From Acidimicrobiales bacterium (GTDB lineage: Bacteria; Actinomycetota; Acidimicrobiia; Acidimicrobiales; Bog-793): a stretch of 64,000 bases of DNA. Numbering within the stretch: position 1 is the stretch's first letter; each line of letters starts with the position of its first letter. This document shows, piece by piece, positions 20,418-33,861 of the stretch. The position numbers and the translations under genes were made by a program. The stretch covers positions 83,410-147,409 of the forward strand of contig JBEKYM010000007.1 in NCBI GenBank assembly GCA_049510975.1, written 5' to 3'. The notes beneath the pieces were generated by a model. It was given only the letters and a program-made list of their open reading frames with translations, did no database searches and was not told the DNA's origin.

Positions 20418-20510
20418 CCCGCGGTAAAGGAGGCGGGAAGGGCTTGCTACCCTTGCGGCGTGAGCGCGGCGCCCGAGGGTCGCCCGGTTGCCAGTAACAC
20501 CGGCCGCTGG

Positions 20511-20726
20511 ATGACGTCAGTCCGATTCCTCCTCGGCCTCGGGTCGCTGCTGCTCCTCACGACGATCGCCTTCGTGCACGACGGCTCGCGGCGCCGGCGT
20601 CCGGATGGCGATCCGAGCGCGTGGAAGCTCGTCGTGTGGCTCGTGCTCGCGCTCGGCACCTTCGCCGGCCTGAGCGCCGTTGCCGGCTCGCACCCGCAAC
20701 CGGCACCGCGGCTGCTGATGCATTGA
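20511..20726 (+). CDS. Small two-TM membrane protein (hypothetical)
   Basis: Lies in ORF 20460..20726. From ATG 20511 the product is MTSVRFLLGLGSLLLLTTIAF...KLVVWLVLALGTFAGLSAVAG. The only support is the hydrophobic pattern and its location in an otherwise empty gap. Confidence 0.3.
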   Translation: MTSVRFLLGLGSLLLLTTIAFVHDGSRRRRPDGDPSAWKLVVWLVLALGTFAGLSAVAGSHPQPAPRLLMH

Positions 20727-20745
20727 GGGCCGCCTGGGCTGCCGG

Positions 20746-22809
20746 CTATGGATGCGTCTCGAGGTCGACGAGGACGGAACGGACGGCCTGGTCGATGCCC
20801 TCGCCCGTGACGGTGGCGAGTCGGAGGTAGCGGGCGCCCATCGTTTCGGCGAGCGCTTCGCCCAGCCGGAGCGGCGTCGCCCCAGACTCGACGTCGACGA
20901 CGAGCGCAGGCACTCGAGCCTTCGCCACCCGACCGGCCGCCGAGAGCGCCGCCGCCACCGGATCGAGCCCGTCGGGTGCCGCCGTCGCCCGGCCGTCGGA
21001 GACAACCACGAGGACGGGCGCGTAGCCCCGTGTGCTCGGCCCGAGACAGACCTCGAGCGAGCAGAGGATCGCCTCGGCAAGCGGCGTGCGCCCGCCGGTT
21101 GGGACGGCGGCCAGGCGGCTGCGGGCGACTTCGATGCTGGCCGTGGGCCGCAGGATGAGCTGGGCGCCGCTGCCGCTGAAGCTGACGACGGCGACGCGAT
21201 CGCGACGCTGATAGGCATCGGTGAGCAGCCGCAGCACGGCGCCCCGGGCCGCAACGGCTCGCTGCTCTGCTCCCATCGAGCCGGAGGCGTCCACACACAG
21301 CACGATGAGGTGCGAGAGCCGCCGCTCGGCCACGACCTCCTGGAGGTCGGAGACGTCCACGAGCGGGCCCGCGAGACCCTCGTCCTGCGGCGAGCCGGCT
21401 GGGTGCGACTGTCGGCGAGCAGCCGACTCGAGCGCCGTCGGGACGAGGGCCACCCGCCGGGCGCCGGCACCGGCGGGTCTCGACGACACCGGCCGGCCGG
21501 TACCGCTCGGCTGGCGGTCGGCCGTCGGGTGGCGCCCCCGCTGCGTACCGAGATCGGTGTAGGCCGTCGTGGAGGAATGCAGCCTGCCAACCCGTGCCGG
21601 CAGGCCGATGGCATGCACCTCGGCCACCTGCCCGTCGAGGGGCTGCCGCTCCGGCGGCGGGGTCGCGGGCTCGCCGGGCCGGGCGGCGTCGGGGAGCGTG
21701 GAGGTGTGCCCGCCCCGACTGCCGCCGGCGCCACTGCCGCTAGCTGCTGGCGCATCCGGCTCGCCCGCCGTGCCGGTGCCGGACATCTCGCTCCCGCCCG
21801 CCGCCGGGTCGCCACCGGCGTTGGCCGGCGATCCGGCGCCACCGGCCTGGCCCAACGCCTCCGCCAGAGCGGCGTCCAGCTCGTCCGGTGCAACGCCCGG
21901 CGAGTCGAAAGGCCCACGCCGGCGGCGGTGGCCGAGTGCGAGGGCGGCAACCGTGCGGATGTCGTCGACCGACGTCTCGGACCTCCCCTCCAGCCCTGCC
22001 ACGGCGGCGGCGGCCCGGCAGAGGGACAGGTCGGCCCGGAGCCCGTCGGCACCGAGCGACACGGCCATGCGAGCGGCCACCTCGATAATGGGATCGGGCA
22101 CCGTCGCCGGCACGCACGACGCCAGCCGGGCGGCGAGCTCGGCCGTCGCACCCGACCACGACTCGACGAAGCCGGCCGGATCGGCGTCGAAGGCGAGCCG
22201 GCGGCGAACCGCCTCGGCCCGCTCGTCGGGGTCGGTCGACGACGCCACATCGACCGCCAGTCCGAAACGGTCCAACAGCTGCGGCCTCAACTCCCCCTCC
22301 TCCGGGTTCATCGAGCCCACGAGGAAGAAACGCGCCCCATGCTGCACGCTCACCCCGTCGCGCTCCACCCGGTTGACGCCCGAGACGGCGACGTCGAGGA
22401 GCACGTCCACGAGGTGGTCGGGCAGGAGGTTGACCTCGTCGACGTACAGCAGCCCTCCGTCGGCGGCCGCCAGCAGTCCCGGGGCAAAGTGGCGCTCCCC
22501 GCCCCGGAGGACGGCGCCGAGGTCGAGCGTCCCCACGAGCCGGTCCTCCGTCGCCCCGATCGGCAGGTCCACGAACGGGGGCGCCGGCTCGCCGGGCATG
22601 AGGGCCGCCAACCCGCGGGCGAGCGTCGTCTTGGCGGAGCCCTTCTCGCCTCGCAGCAGCACGCCGCCGAGCCGGGGCTCGACGGCGCCGATGAGGAGGG
22701 CGAGCTTGACCTCGTCCATCCCGACGACGGCGACGAAGGGAAAGCCGACCGGTCGGCCCACGAGCTCGACCGCCCTGGCCGGTGCGGCCGGCCTCACGTT
22801 GTCGCTCAT
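20746..22809 (-). CDS. ChlI/ChlD-type chelatase subunit (AAA+ domain fused to vWA domain); partner of CobN
   Basis: Lies in ORF 20746..22824. ATG 22809 forms an ATGA overlap with the cobN stop and has GGAGGAGGA upstream. Walker A is LRGEKGSAKTTLARGL and Walker B is LLYVDEVNLL. A Pro/Gly-rich linker precedes the C-terminal vWA domain with MIDAS motif VLCVDASGSMG. Confidence 0.85.
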   Translation of the reverse strand: MSDNVRPAAPARAVELVGRPVGFPFVAVVGMDEVKLALLIGAVEPRLGGVLLRGEKGSAKTTLARGLAALMPGEPAPPFVDLPIGATEDRLVGTLDLGAVLRGGERHFAPGLLAAADGGLLYVDEVNLLPDHLVDVLLDVAVSGVNRVERDGVSVQHGARFFLVGSMNPEEGELRPQLLDRFGLAVDVASSTDPDERAEAVRRRLAFDADPAGFVESWSGATAELAARLASCVPATVPDPIIEVAARMAVSLGADGLRADLSLCRAAAAVAGLEGRSETSVDDIRTVAALALGHRRRRGPFDSPGVAPDELDAALAEALGQAGGAGSPANAGGDPAAGGSEMSGTGTAGEPDAPAASGSGAGGSRGGHTSTLPDAARPGEPATPPPERQPLDGQVAEVHAIGLPARVGRLHSSTTAYTDLGTQRGRHPTADRQPSGTGRPVSSRPAGAGARRVALVPTALESAARRQSHPAGSPQDEGLAGPLVDVSDLQEVVAERRLSHLIVLCVDASGSMGAEQRAVAARGAVLRLLTDAYQRRDRVAVVSFSGSGAQLILRPTASIEVARSRLAAVPTGGRTPLAEAILCSLEVCLGPSTRGYAPVLVVVSDGRATAAPDGLDPVAAALSAAGRVAKARVPALVVDVESGATPLRLGEALAETMGARYLRLATVTGEGIDQAVRSVLVDLETHP

Positions 22810-25800
22810 CGATCCTCCTCCCATCCCTCACCCTCGAGCACCGCCTGGCGCAGCGTTTCGAGAGCCAGCTCCGAAGCGTCCCACATCCCCCGCTCGACAG
22901 CCTCGAGCAGCCGCTCGGCGATCGCCCGCAACGCCCAGGGGTTCGACTGCTCGAAGAATTTACGTACGGCCGCGTCACCCACGTAGGCCGCCGTCACCCG
23001 CTCGTACATCCAATCCTCGACGACGTGCGCGGTGGCGTCGTAGCCGAACAGGTAGTCGACGGTGGCCGCCATCTCGAAGGCACCCTTGTACCCGTGTCGC
23101 TGCATCGCCCCGATCCACTTGGGGTTGAGCACGCGGCTGCGTACCACGCGGGCCGCCTCCTCGGCGAGCGAGCGGACACGGGGGCGGGCGGGGTCGGACG
23201 AGTCGCCGAACACCGCCGAGGGAGCGACGCCGCCACGCAGCGAACGGATGGCCGCCACCATGCCGCCATGGTCCTGCAGGTAGTCGTCGGAGTCGAAGAT
23301 GTCGTGCTCCCGGTTGTCCTGGTTCTTCACGGCGACCTCGGTGCCGGCCAGGCGCCGGGCGAGGGCCTCCCCCGCCGGCGCACCCATGGCGCCACGGCCG
23401 TACGACCAACCCGACCAGGCGAGGTAGACGGCGGCGAGGTCGTCGTCGTTCTGCCAGTTTCGGCTCTCGATGACCGGGAGGATGCCGGAGCCGTAGGCCC
23501 CGGGTGCCGGCCCGAAGATGCGCGGGTCGGCGGTGCCGGCAGCCTTGACGTAGTTCAGCTCGGGCGGCTCATCGAGACCGGCGACGAGCTCGATGGCTTC
23601 GTCGACGAGGGCGATCACGTGCGGGAAGGCATCCCGGAAGAAACCCGACACCCTGAGCGTCACATCCACCCTCGCCCGCCCGAGCTCCCCGAGGGGAACG
23701 ACTTCGATGCCTTCGACACGGCCGGACTCGGGCGACCAGACCGGGCGCACGCCGAGCAGTGCGAGCGCCTCGGCGATGTCGTCCCCGCCGGTGCGCATGA
23801 CGGCAGTACCCCACACGACGATCGCCACCGAGCGCGGGAGCTCGCCTTCCTCAGAGAGGTGGCGCTCGCACAGGCGAGCTGCCAGCGCCTCGCCCACCTC
23901 CATCGAGATGTGGGAGGGGACGGCCTTGGGGTCGAGCGAGTAGAAGTTGCGGCCCGTCGGGAGCACGTGCGCCATGCCCCGGCTGGGCGCCCCGGACGGT
24001 CCCGGCGGCACGAGGGCGCCGTCGAGGGCGCCGAGCACCGAGCCGATCTCACGAGTCGAGGCGCCGAGCGCCGGCACGAGCCACTCGCAGACCCATGCCA
24101 GCGTCGTGCACACCGCCTGGCGGTCCGCCTTGGCGGGATCGGGGGGGAACGGAGTTGGCGGTTTCTTGGCGTTGGGGCCGACAACCGCCGAAGGTGCGTG
24201 AGGTTTCGTGGCTATATGCCACACAACCTCACGCACCTCGGCCTCGCTCAGGCCGCCCGCCGGCCACTCGGCCGACGCCAAGGTTTCCACGAGCGCCCGG
24301 CACGTCGCCTCGACACGGTCGATCTCCGCCCGACCGGCGGACTCGAGCGAGATGCCGAGCAGCCCAGCCACGCCGGCCCGAAGCGAAGGCACCGAGCCCT
24401 GCCGCAAGCGAGTGAGCGCCAGCAGGAGATCGACGAGGGCCTCGCCGGCCGGCGGGCGCCCGAGGACGTGCAGGCCTCCCCGGATCTGGGCGTCCTTCAG
24501 CTCGCAGAGGTAGCCGTCGACCTCGAGGACGAGCTCGTCGAACTCCTCGCCATCCCACCGGGGCCCCTCGCCCCCGAAACGCCCGTCCAGCCCGAGATCA
24601 CGATGGATCTCGGCGGCCACGAGCAGCTCCCAGACTTGGCGGCGGACGGCCGGGAGCTTTGACGGGTCGAGCGAGGCCACTTGGGCGTGCTGGTCGAGCA
24701 GTTGCTCGAGGCGGGCGATGTCGTCGTAGGCGTCGGCTCGGGTGAGCGGGGGGACGAGATGGTCGACGACGACGGCGTGCGAACGCCGCTTCGCCTGGGC
24801 ACCCTCGCCGGGGTCGTTCACGACGAACGGGTAGATGAAGGGCAGGTCGCCGAGGGCGATGTCGGGGTAGCAGGCCGACGAGAGGCCGACGCTCTTGCCC
24901 GGCAGCCACTCGAGCGTGCCGTGCTTGCCGAGATGGATGACGGCGTGCGCGGCGAGGGTCTGGTCGATCCACCGGTAGAAGCCGAGGTAGTGGTGCGTCG
25001 GCGCCAGCACGGGTGAGTGGTAGATGGCGATGGGCGCCTCACCGAAACCCCGTGGCGGTTGGATGGCCACGACCACCCCACCGAGGTCGATCCCGGAGAA
25101 GGCGAGCGAGCCGTCGGCCGTGAGGTGCACCGTTCCGGGCGCCTGCCCCCACGCTGCCTCCAGATCGGCCCGCACGCTCGCCGGCAATGTGGCGAACCAC
25201 CGCCGATACTCCGCCGCCCCCATCGTGCCGAGGGCGCGCTCGGCGGCCGCCGCCGGCAGCACTTCGGAGTCGTAGGCGAGGCCGTCGGCGAGCTCGGCCA
25301 TGAGGGCATCGCCGTCGACTGGGATGCGGTCGACGCGGTAGCCGGCGGCGCGCAGCTCGCCGAGCAGGTCGATGAGCGAGGCGGGCGTGTCGAGCCCGAC
25401 GGCGTTGCCGAGCCGGCTCCGCGAAGTCGGGTAGGCGGAGAGGACGACGACGAGCTTGCGATCGGCCGGAGCGACGAGATGGAGGGACGCCAGCCGGCAG
25501 GCGAGGCCGGCGATGCGCTGCAGCCGATCGGGCAGGCAGCGGTAGGCCACGACGGCGGCGCCGAGGTCGTCGCCGTCGTCGACGGTTTCTTTGAAGGAGA
25601 AGGGCACGCCGATGATGCGGCCGTCGAGCTCGGGGAGGGCCACCTGCCAGGCGACGTCGAGCGGCGCCAGCCCGGCTGATGACTCCGACCAGTCCTGCGA
25701 CGAGCTCGAGGAGGCGATCGCCTGCAGCACGGGCACACCGAGGCGCGCCAGCGCCTGTTCCTCCCATCCTTCTGCCACCGCTCCACCGGGGGCGAAGGTG

Positions 25801-26494
25801 CCGGCGGCGAGCACCGTCGTGATGACGACGTCGACGGCGAAGGAAGCCAGCAGCTCGGCGACGGCCGAGCCGGTGGCGCCGGCCGACCCGGCGCCCGTGC
25901 CCTCGCGCAGCGAGTAGCAGTAGACGGGCACGGCGTTGCACCCGGCCGCCTCGACGGCCGCGCACAGGTCCGAGACGAAGGTCGTGTTGCCGGTGAGCAC
26001 GTGCGCCCGGTAGAAGACGATGCCGACGGTCGGCCGGCCGGCGTCGACGCGAGGGTCGCCGAAGACCCCCACGACGGGTACGGCCGCGGGCGGATCAAAG
26101 CCGAACCCGTGCCGCAGCACCGTGTCCGCCACGAAGCGGATCATCTGCTCGAGGTTCTCGGTCCCGCCTTGCACGAGGTACTCGAAGGCCTGGGTGACGA
26201 TGCCGCCCGGCACCGTCGATGCCGACATCATGTCGGCGTCCGGGACGGCTTCGCCCCCGAAGCACAGGAGGGGGACCTCCCGGCGGCGGCACTCGGCAGC
26301 AAGGGAGTCGAACGGCTCCCACGACCGCCGGCCGCCGAGCAGACGCACGATCACCGCCTCGATGCCCTCGAGCGAGGGAACCCCCCGCAGGAGCGCCGGG
26401 TTCGCCGCCCGCACGCCCGGGAAGCCTTCCGGCAGCCCCTCCGAGACGACTCGCAGGCCGAGGATCTCGGTGTCGGCGTGCGTGAGGAACAAGA

Positions 26495-26498
<4 letters not shown>
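22806..26498 (-). CDS. cobN: Cobaltochelatase large subunit CobN
   Basis: Lies in ORF 22806..27071. GTG 26498 forms a GTGA overlap with the cobQ stop and gives VILFLTHADTEILGL..., a CobN N-terminus. The product is about 1230 aa and CobN/Mg-chelatase-H-like throughout (GKHGTLEWLPGK, HLVPPLTRA). Confidence 0.9.
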
Positions 26499-29019
<2,521 letters not shown>

Positions 29020-29023
<4 letters not shown>

Positions 29024-29967
29024 GGCAACGCCTGGCGGCGTCTTCGGCCCACGGTGACGAGCGCCAGGAGACCAGCCAGCAGCGCCGTGACGTGCTGGGA
29101 GCACTGGACAGCGGCGGCGATGTCTCCCGCCTCGGGCCGGCGCCCGTCGGCCGGCCCGAGCAGCGGCCGCTCCTCGACTTGTCCCCGGTACGAGCTCGTC
29201 CCACCGAGGCGGACGCCGAGCGCGGCCGCGAACGCCGCCTCGGCGACTCCGGCGTTCGGTGAGGGGTGGGCGGGCGCATCCCGCAGCACCGCCTGCCAGA
29301 TCGCTCCGGCGGACTTCGGGCGCACGCATGCCACGAGCAGTGCTGTCAGCCGCGATGGCACGAGATTGGCGACGTCGTCGGCGCGTGCGCTCGCCCAACC
29401 AAAACGCCCATAGCGCCCGTCCCGGTACCCCACCATCGAGTCGAGGGTGTTGACTCCGCGGTACGCGAGAGCTCCCGGTGCCCCGAAGACGGCGCCGAAC
29501 AGGGCCGGTGCCACGATGCCGTCCACCGTGTTCTCCGCCACGGACTCGACGGCGGCGCGGGCGATCTCGCTCGGCGAGAGGCCGGCGGGATCGCGGCCGA
29601 CGAGAGCCGGGAGCAGCCGCCGAGCGCGGCTGACCTCCCCGCTGTCGAGTGCTGTCCCGACGTCGCCGGCGGCCGCCCACAGCCCCCGGCCGGCGATGCT
29701 CGTGTAGGCAGCCGCCGCCGTGCCACCCGGCAGCCGCTCGAGCGCCCGGCCGGCCGCCATCGCCGCCCCGATCCCGCTGGCGGCATAGGCGAGCCCGGGG
29801 GCGCGACGATCGTCCCACAGGCGCCGCTCGAGCAGGGTCATGGCGTTGCCGAAGACGGCCACCGGGTGCGGTCGCAGTGGTTCGTCGCCGACGATGGCGT
29901 CGAGGGCGAGGGCGAACGCCGAGCTGGCCGGCCTGAAGGAGCGGCGCGGCGCGAGGAGCCTCACCAT
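29020..29967 (-). CDS. cbiB: Adenosylcobinamide-phosphate synthase CbiB/CobD
   Basis: This is the 3' part of ORF 29020..30606. ATG 29967 overlaps the end of cobS. It is a multi-TM protein with DSMVGY, PNAGVAEAAFAAALGVRLGG and RLTALL segments. Confidence 0.85.
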
Positions 29968-30698
29968 TTGGCGGAGGCGAGAACGAGGGCGAGGGTTTCG
30001 CCGAGAATGCCGGCGGCGCCGAGCACGTCGCCGGTGTAGCCGCCCAGGCGCCGGCGGGCGAGGAGCAAGACGGCACCGGCGCCGACGAGCTCCGCCACCA
30101 GCACCGCCGGAGCGGCGGCTGCGTGCCAGTAGACGAGCACCCCGGCTGAAGCGACCAGTCCGAGGGCGGGCGCGAGCGACCGGCCTCCGGCGAGGGCGGT
30201 CGCTGCGCCCGTGACCCGGGCGTAGCGAAGCCGCGCCATGGCGAGCGCCATCATGCTGCGGCTCGCCATCCAGATGGCCCCGAGGAGGGCGGCGCCCTTC
30301 CAGACCGAGGCCGGGCTGATCGAGCCGAGCGCCACGAGGCGCAGGCCGAGCACGCCGACGGCCGCTGCCACCCCGAACGCACCCACCTGGGGGTCGGCCA
30401 TGACCTCTAGGCGGCGGGCCTGCTCGAGGTGAGGCAGGAGGCCGTCGGCACTGTCGATGAGACCGTCGACGTGGAGCATCCCGGTGAGGGCGAGATCGGC
30501 GACGAGCACGACGGCGCCGGCGACAAAGGGCGGAAACGCCCGCCCGAGCCCCCACCACGCCGCCCCGAGGGCCGCTCCGAGCGATGCTCCCACGACAGGA
30601 AACCACCCCACAGCCTCCACCCGCAGCTCGCGACCCCCTCCCACGACGGTGAGGAGCCCGAGGGCGCTGCCGAGTCCGCCGGAGCCACGCTCGGCCAT
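29961..30698 (-). CDS. cobS: Adenosylcobinamide-GDP ribazoletransferase (cobalamin synthase) CobS
   Basis: 245 aa and polytopic. It contains HVDGLIDSADGL and GGYTGDVLGA, which are CobS signatures. Confidence 0.85.
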   Translation of the reverse strand: MAERGSGGLGSALGLLTVVGGGRELRVEAVGWFPVVGASLGAALGAAWWGLGRAFPPFVAGAVVLVADLALTGMLHVDGLIDSADGLLPHLEQARRLEVMADPQVGAFGVAAAVGVLGLRLVALGSISPASVWKGAALLGAIWMASRSMMALAMARLRYARVTGAATALAGGRSLAPALGLVASAGVLVYWHAAAAPAVLVAELVGAGAVLLLARRRLGGYTGDVLGAAGILGETLALVLASAKW

Positions 30699-30699
30699 C

Positions 30700-31242
30700 T
30701 CAGGCGTCCTCGCGAGGCAGGAGGAGCACGCGGCCGGCCGCGACGAACCGGACGTTGTCGGAGAGCTCGGCGACGCTGCGGTTGAGGTCGCCGAGGGCGT
30801 CCCGGAATTGGAGGCCGAGTGGCGTAGCGGGATGCACGCCGAGCCCGACCTCGTCGCTCACGATCACGGTTGCCTCGCCCCGGAGCCGGCGCCCCTCGAG
30901 TGATGCCAGCAGGCCGTCCAGGTCGACGGCGAACTCCTCATGGCCGGCGAGCCAGGTGCCAAGTGAGTCCACGAGGACCACGCCGGCGGTCGACAGGGCC
31001 GTCGTGAGGCTGTCGCCGGGGGTGACCTCGATCGTCGACCACTGCGCCGGCCGACGCCGGCGATGACGGGCGATCCGCTGGTCCAGGTCGTCGTCGCCGG
31101 CTCCGGACAGGGCCGTGGCGACGTAGGTGACCGGCGCGCCGCCCGCTTCCCGGCTGCCTGCCTCGTCGGCTCGGCGCTGGGCCAACCGCTCCGCCACCTC
31201 GGATTTGCCCGAGCGCGCTCCACCGAGCACCAGCGAGATCAC
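30700..31242 (-). CDS. cobU: Adenosylcobinamide kinase/adenosylcobinamide-phosphate guanylyltransferase CobU/CobP
   Basis: 180 aa. It has the P-loop LVLGGARSGKSEVAE, plus VLVDSLGTWL and VSDEVGLGVHP. Confidence 0.85.
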   Translation of the reverse strand: MISLVLGGARSGKSEVAERLAQRRADEAGSREAGGAPVTYVATALSGAGDDDLDQRIARHRRRRPAQWSTIEVTPGDSLTTALSTAGVVLVDSLGTWLAGHEEFAVDLDGLLASLEGRRLRGEATVIVSDEVGLGVHPATPLGLQFRDALGDLNRSVAELSDNVRFVAAGRVLLLPREDA

Positions 31243-31261
31243 CGTGATCTACTTCTCCCGT

Positions 31262-31447
31262 CCACGCGAGCCTCCTCCGCCTTCCGGCGGTCAGACGGGT
31301 AGGTCTCCTGGCTCTCGGATCGCTGCTCGCTCCCGCCTTCCCGCCCGGATGGGCCGTGGCTTGTTCGGAGTTCGCTCCCCGGTCACAGTTGCGGGACAGC
31401 CCCGGATTCTCACCGGGTTCCCTACGCCGCGAGGTCGAGGTTACCTG
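31262..31447 (-). promoter_or_regulatory. Cobalamin (B12) riboswitch in the cobU operon leader
   Basis: The minus strand reads ...GTAGGGAACCCGGTGAGAATCCGGGGCTGTCCCGCAACTGTGACC... (31424-31381). The B12-box-like GAGAGCCAGGAGACCTACC lies at about 31316-31298, followed by the hairpin CCGCC-GGAA-GGCGG and AGGAGG. The element ends about 20 nt before the cobU GTG. Confidence 0.85.
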
Positions 31448-31626
31448 TTGCCGCCGGTCGACCGGGAGGAGAGCTTCGGATCGATGCCGTGGCGGACCGA
31501 TGCGGGCCGGTTGAGCGGGCCGGCGGCGGCGTGGACCGCCGCTTGCGGGCCTGGGCGCGGGGGGACCGATCTTCCGACCGTCTACGATGCTGCCGTCCCG
31601 ACCGAGAGCGACCAGAAAGAGACATC

Positions 31627-32433
31627 GTGGGCCCTCGGCCTTCATCACTTGGTACCTGGGGGCGGAGCGCGGCCGTCGGTCTCTCTGTCCTGGCCGTCGG
31701 CATGCTGGCGGCGGGCTGCGGCAGCAGTAGCCCGCCCACCGGGCGGGCGGGCGCCGCCGCCGCCCCACTCCTGCAGGACTCAGCGGCGGCGTTCTCGAAG
31801 GTTCCGGCCGTGCACATCCAAGGGACCATCACGGAGAAATCCGGCTCTGCCACGGTCTCCATCGGCGTCGATGCCACGTCGTCAGGGGCAACGGGAACGG
31901 CCGCCGGGACGCTCGACCTGGCAGGACCAGGGCTTGGTTTCACCGGGTCGACCCACTACGTCGTGATCGGCGGCACGACGTATGTGAACGCCGGGACGGC
32001 GTTTTGGAAGTCGCTCTTCGGCACCCAGACGCCGTCGGTTGTCCACCTCGAGGGCGAGATTCTCCCCGAGGTGCTCGACAAATGGGTCCAGCTCCCCTCC
32101 GCCAGCACCGACGTCGTCTACAAGGACACCTTCGGGCTGTCGGAGCCGAAAGTCTTCGTAGAGGGGACCCTCGAAGGCGCCAAGGGCACACTCACCAACG
32201 CCGGGAATCAGAAGATCGGCGGTGTGAGCGGTGTGGAGATCGACTCCAGCAAAGGCGCCAAGATCCTCGTGGCGGCAACGGGCTCGCCGCTCCCCCTCGC
32301 TTTTGCGAACAGCCAGTCCGGGTCGTCCGACTTCGCCCTCGACCTCGCCATCACCTACCCGGCGTCGTCCAAGATCACGGCCCCGCCACATCCCATCTCG
32401 CTCGCCGGCATCGAGGCCGCCCTGTCGAAGTAG
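31627..32433 (+). CDS. Secreted lipoprotein, function unknown
   Basis: Lies in ORF 31489..32433. GTG 31627 gives a signal peptide with lipobox (AAVGLSVLAVGMLAAGCGSS). The longer ORF start would overlap the riboswitch region. The mature part is Gly/Thr/Ser-rich and looks beta-rich. Confidence 0.6.
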   Translation: MGPRPSSLGTWGRSAAVGLSVLAVGMLAAGCGSSSPPTGRAGAAAAPLLQDSAAAFSKVPAVHIQGTITEKSGSATVSIGVDATSSGATGTAAGTLDLAGPGLGFTGSTHYVVIGGTTYVNAGTAFWKSLFGTQTPSVVHLEGEILPEVLDKWVQLPSASTDVVYKDTFGLSEPKVFVEGTLEGAKGTLTNAGNQKIGGVSGVEIDSSKGAKILVAATGSPLPLAFANSQSGSSDFALDLAITYPASSKITAPPHPISLAGIEAALSK

Positions 32434-32507
32434 CTTCGGCGATCGACGCAGCAACGGGCGGTCGGGAGCGGCTTGCTCCAGCCGCCCATGGACGTCGCCC
32501 TGACCGT

Positions 32508-32855
32508 TCAGCGACTCGCCCAGAACTCCGCCGCCAGCCGCTTCGGGGCTTTTCGCAGCCACGCCTCGGTCAGCAGCTCCTCCACCCGCGCCGGGTCGGC
32601 GGCGGCGAGGTTCACCCGCAAGCCCGAGAGTCGCTTGCCCCACCAGAGCTCTTCGAAGGCAGCCGGGTCCTCGGCCACCGAGGCGCGCACCTCGTCTTCG
32701 TCGACGAACACGTGCAGGCGGTCGCCGTCCGGCGGCGCCGTCGCGAACAGACGCTTGTGCACCCGCCACGACGTCATCTCGAAGTGAGGCTCCTCGGTCA
32801 CTTGGGGGAGGGCGAGTGCCAGCTGCCGCACGGCCGTCAAGTCCACACCGGGCAT
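32508..32855 (-). CDS. MmcQ/YjbR-family protein
   Basis: 115 aa. The protein reads LALALPQVTEEPHFEMTSWRVHKRLFA...LHVFVDEDE...WWGKRLSGLRVNL, matching the YjbR/MmcQ pattern. Confidence 0.7.
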   Translation of the reverse strand: MPGVDLTAVRQLALALPQVTEEPHFEMTSWRVHKRLFATAPPDGDRLHVFVDEDEVRASVAEDPAAFEELWWGKRLSGLRVNLAAADPARVEELLTEAWLRKAPKRLAAEFWASR

Positions 32856-32940
32856 GCTAGAAGCGCCGACATCAGCATCGCCGGCTCGCCCATGGGCCGC
32901 CGAGGGCCTTCCGAGGGCGCACTAGGGTGTCGAGACGCCT

Positions 32941-33012
32941 GGCGGCGTGGCCGAGTGGTTTAGGCAAGGGCCTGCAAAGCCCTCTACCCCAGTTCGATTC
33001 TGGGCGCCGCCT
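32941..33012 (+). tRNA. tRNA-Cys (anticodon GCA)
   Basis: I folded the cloverleaf by hand. Acceptor stem GGCGGCG/CGCCGCC; anticodon stem AGGGC/GCCCT with loop CTGCAAA; T-arm CCCAG-TTCGATT-CTGGG; discriminator T (U73, the Cys identity element). No CCA is encoded. Confidence 0.95.
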
Positions 33013-33204
33013 CCCCAGTGGCACCTCCGGCCACCACGCCCGGAACAGGGTCGCACCTCCGCCAGTTCGCGCAAGAAACCGCTCCGGGTGGTTCCGCGAC
33101 GCCCTGCCTCGACATCGACGGCCCGCAGAATATCCGGTGGTGCCATCTGCGCCCAGACGGCGCTGACCTCTACGTTGCCGGCAACTGCTCCCGCCGCGGC
33201 GGAC

Positions 33205-33816
33205 CTACTGCCGTGTGTGGAGTCCGTCGAGGATCATGGCCAGCAACCGCTTGCTCTGGTCCTCGGACAGCGTCGCGTTGGTGCACATCGGGCCGAGCAG
33301 TTGCATCAGGTCCGGCCCGTTCACGTCGTCACGGACGACTCCGGCGCGCTGGGCTCGCCCGAGGACGAGCTCCATGGCCTGCTGAACCCGCTCCACCATG
33401 TCGGGCCGCAGATCGGGGTTCTTGTCGAAGGCCTCCCGGAGCTCGTTGAGAAACGTCCGCTTCCCCTGGGCGTAGCGGACGAAGGCTTCCAGGAAAGCCA
33501 CGACGGCCGGCCACGGTTCCAGATCAGCCGCTGCCTGTTCCGCCGTCTGGACCAACGTGTCGACGTCGGTGCGGTAGACGGCCTCGACGATGTCGATGCG
33601 CTTGGGGAAGTGACGGTAGAGCGTTCCCACACCGACCCCGGCGAGGCGAGCGATGGCCTCCATGGAAGCACCGCCACCCTCGCGAGCGAAGACTTCTCGG
33701 GCAGACGCCACCAGGAGGTCGTAGTTGCGTCGGGCGTCGGCCCGCATGTGACGAGCACCGTCCTCCGTCTCGGAGCGACCGCCGGCCGGCGCCTCCACGA
33801 TCTGCTGCCTAGTCAC
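33205..33816 (-). CDS. TetR/AcrR-family transcriptional regulator
   Basis: 203 aa. The N-terminal HTH reads RRNYDLLVASAREVFAREGGGASMEAIARLAGVGVGTLYRHFPKR. Confidence 0.9.
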   Translation of the reverse strand: MTRQQIVEAPAGGRSETEDGARHMRADARRNYDLLVASAREVFAREGGGASMEAIARLAGVGVGTLYRHFPKRIDIVEAVYRTDVDTLVQTAEQAAADLEPWPAVVAFLEAFVRYAQGKRTFLNELREAFDKNPDLRPDMVERVQQAMELVLGRAQRAGVVRDDVNGPDLMQLLGPMCTNATLSEDQSKRLLAMILDGLHTRQ

Positions 33817-33861
33817 GTCTCACACGCCTCTGAATGAGAAAAGTAGAAATGGGGTTGCTAA

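Noticed and set aside
20517-22986. ORFs of 577-744 aa at 20517..22250-, 20752..22986+ and 21569..23128+.
   Set aside because: They are shadow frames of the ChlI/ChlD chelatase gene, with low-complexity Arg/Pro/Ser translations.
29024-30076. Upstream 351 codons of the 1193-aa ORF 26495..30076.
   Set aside because: This stretch is Arg-rich junk overlapping cbiB and cobS. The real start is ATG 29023, coupled to the cbiB stop.
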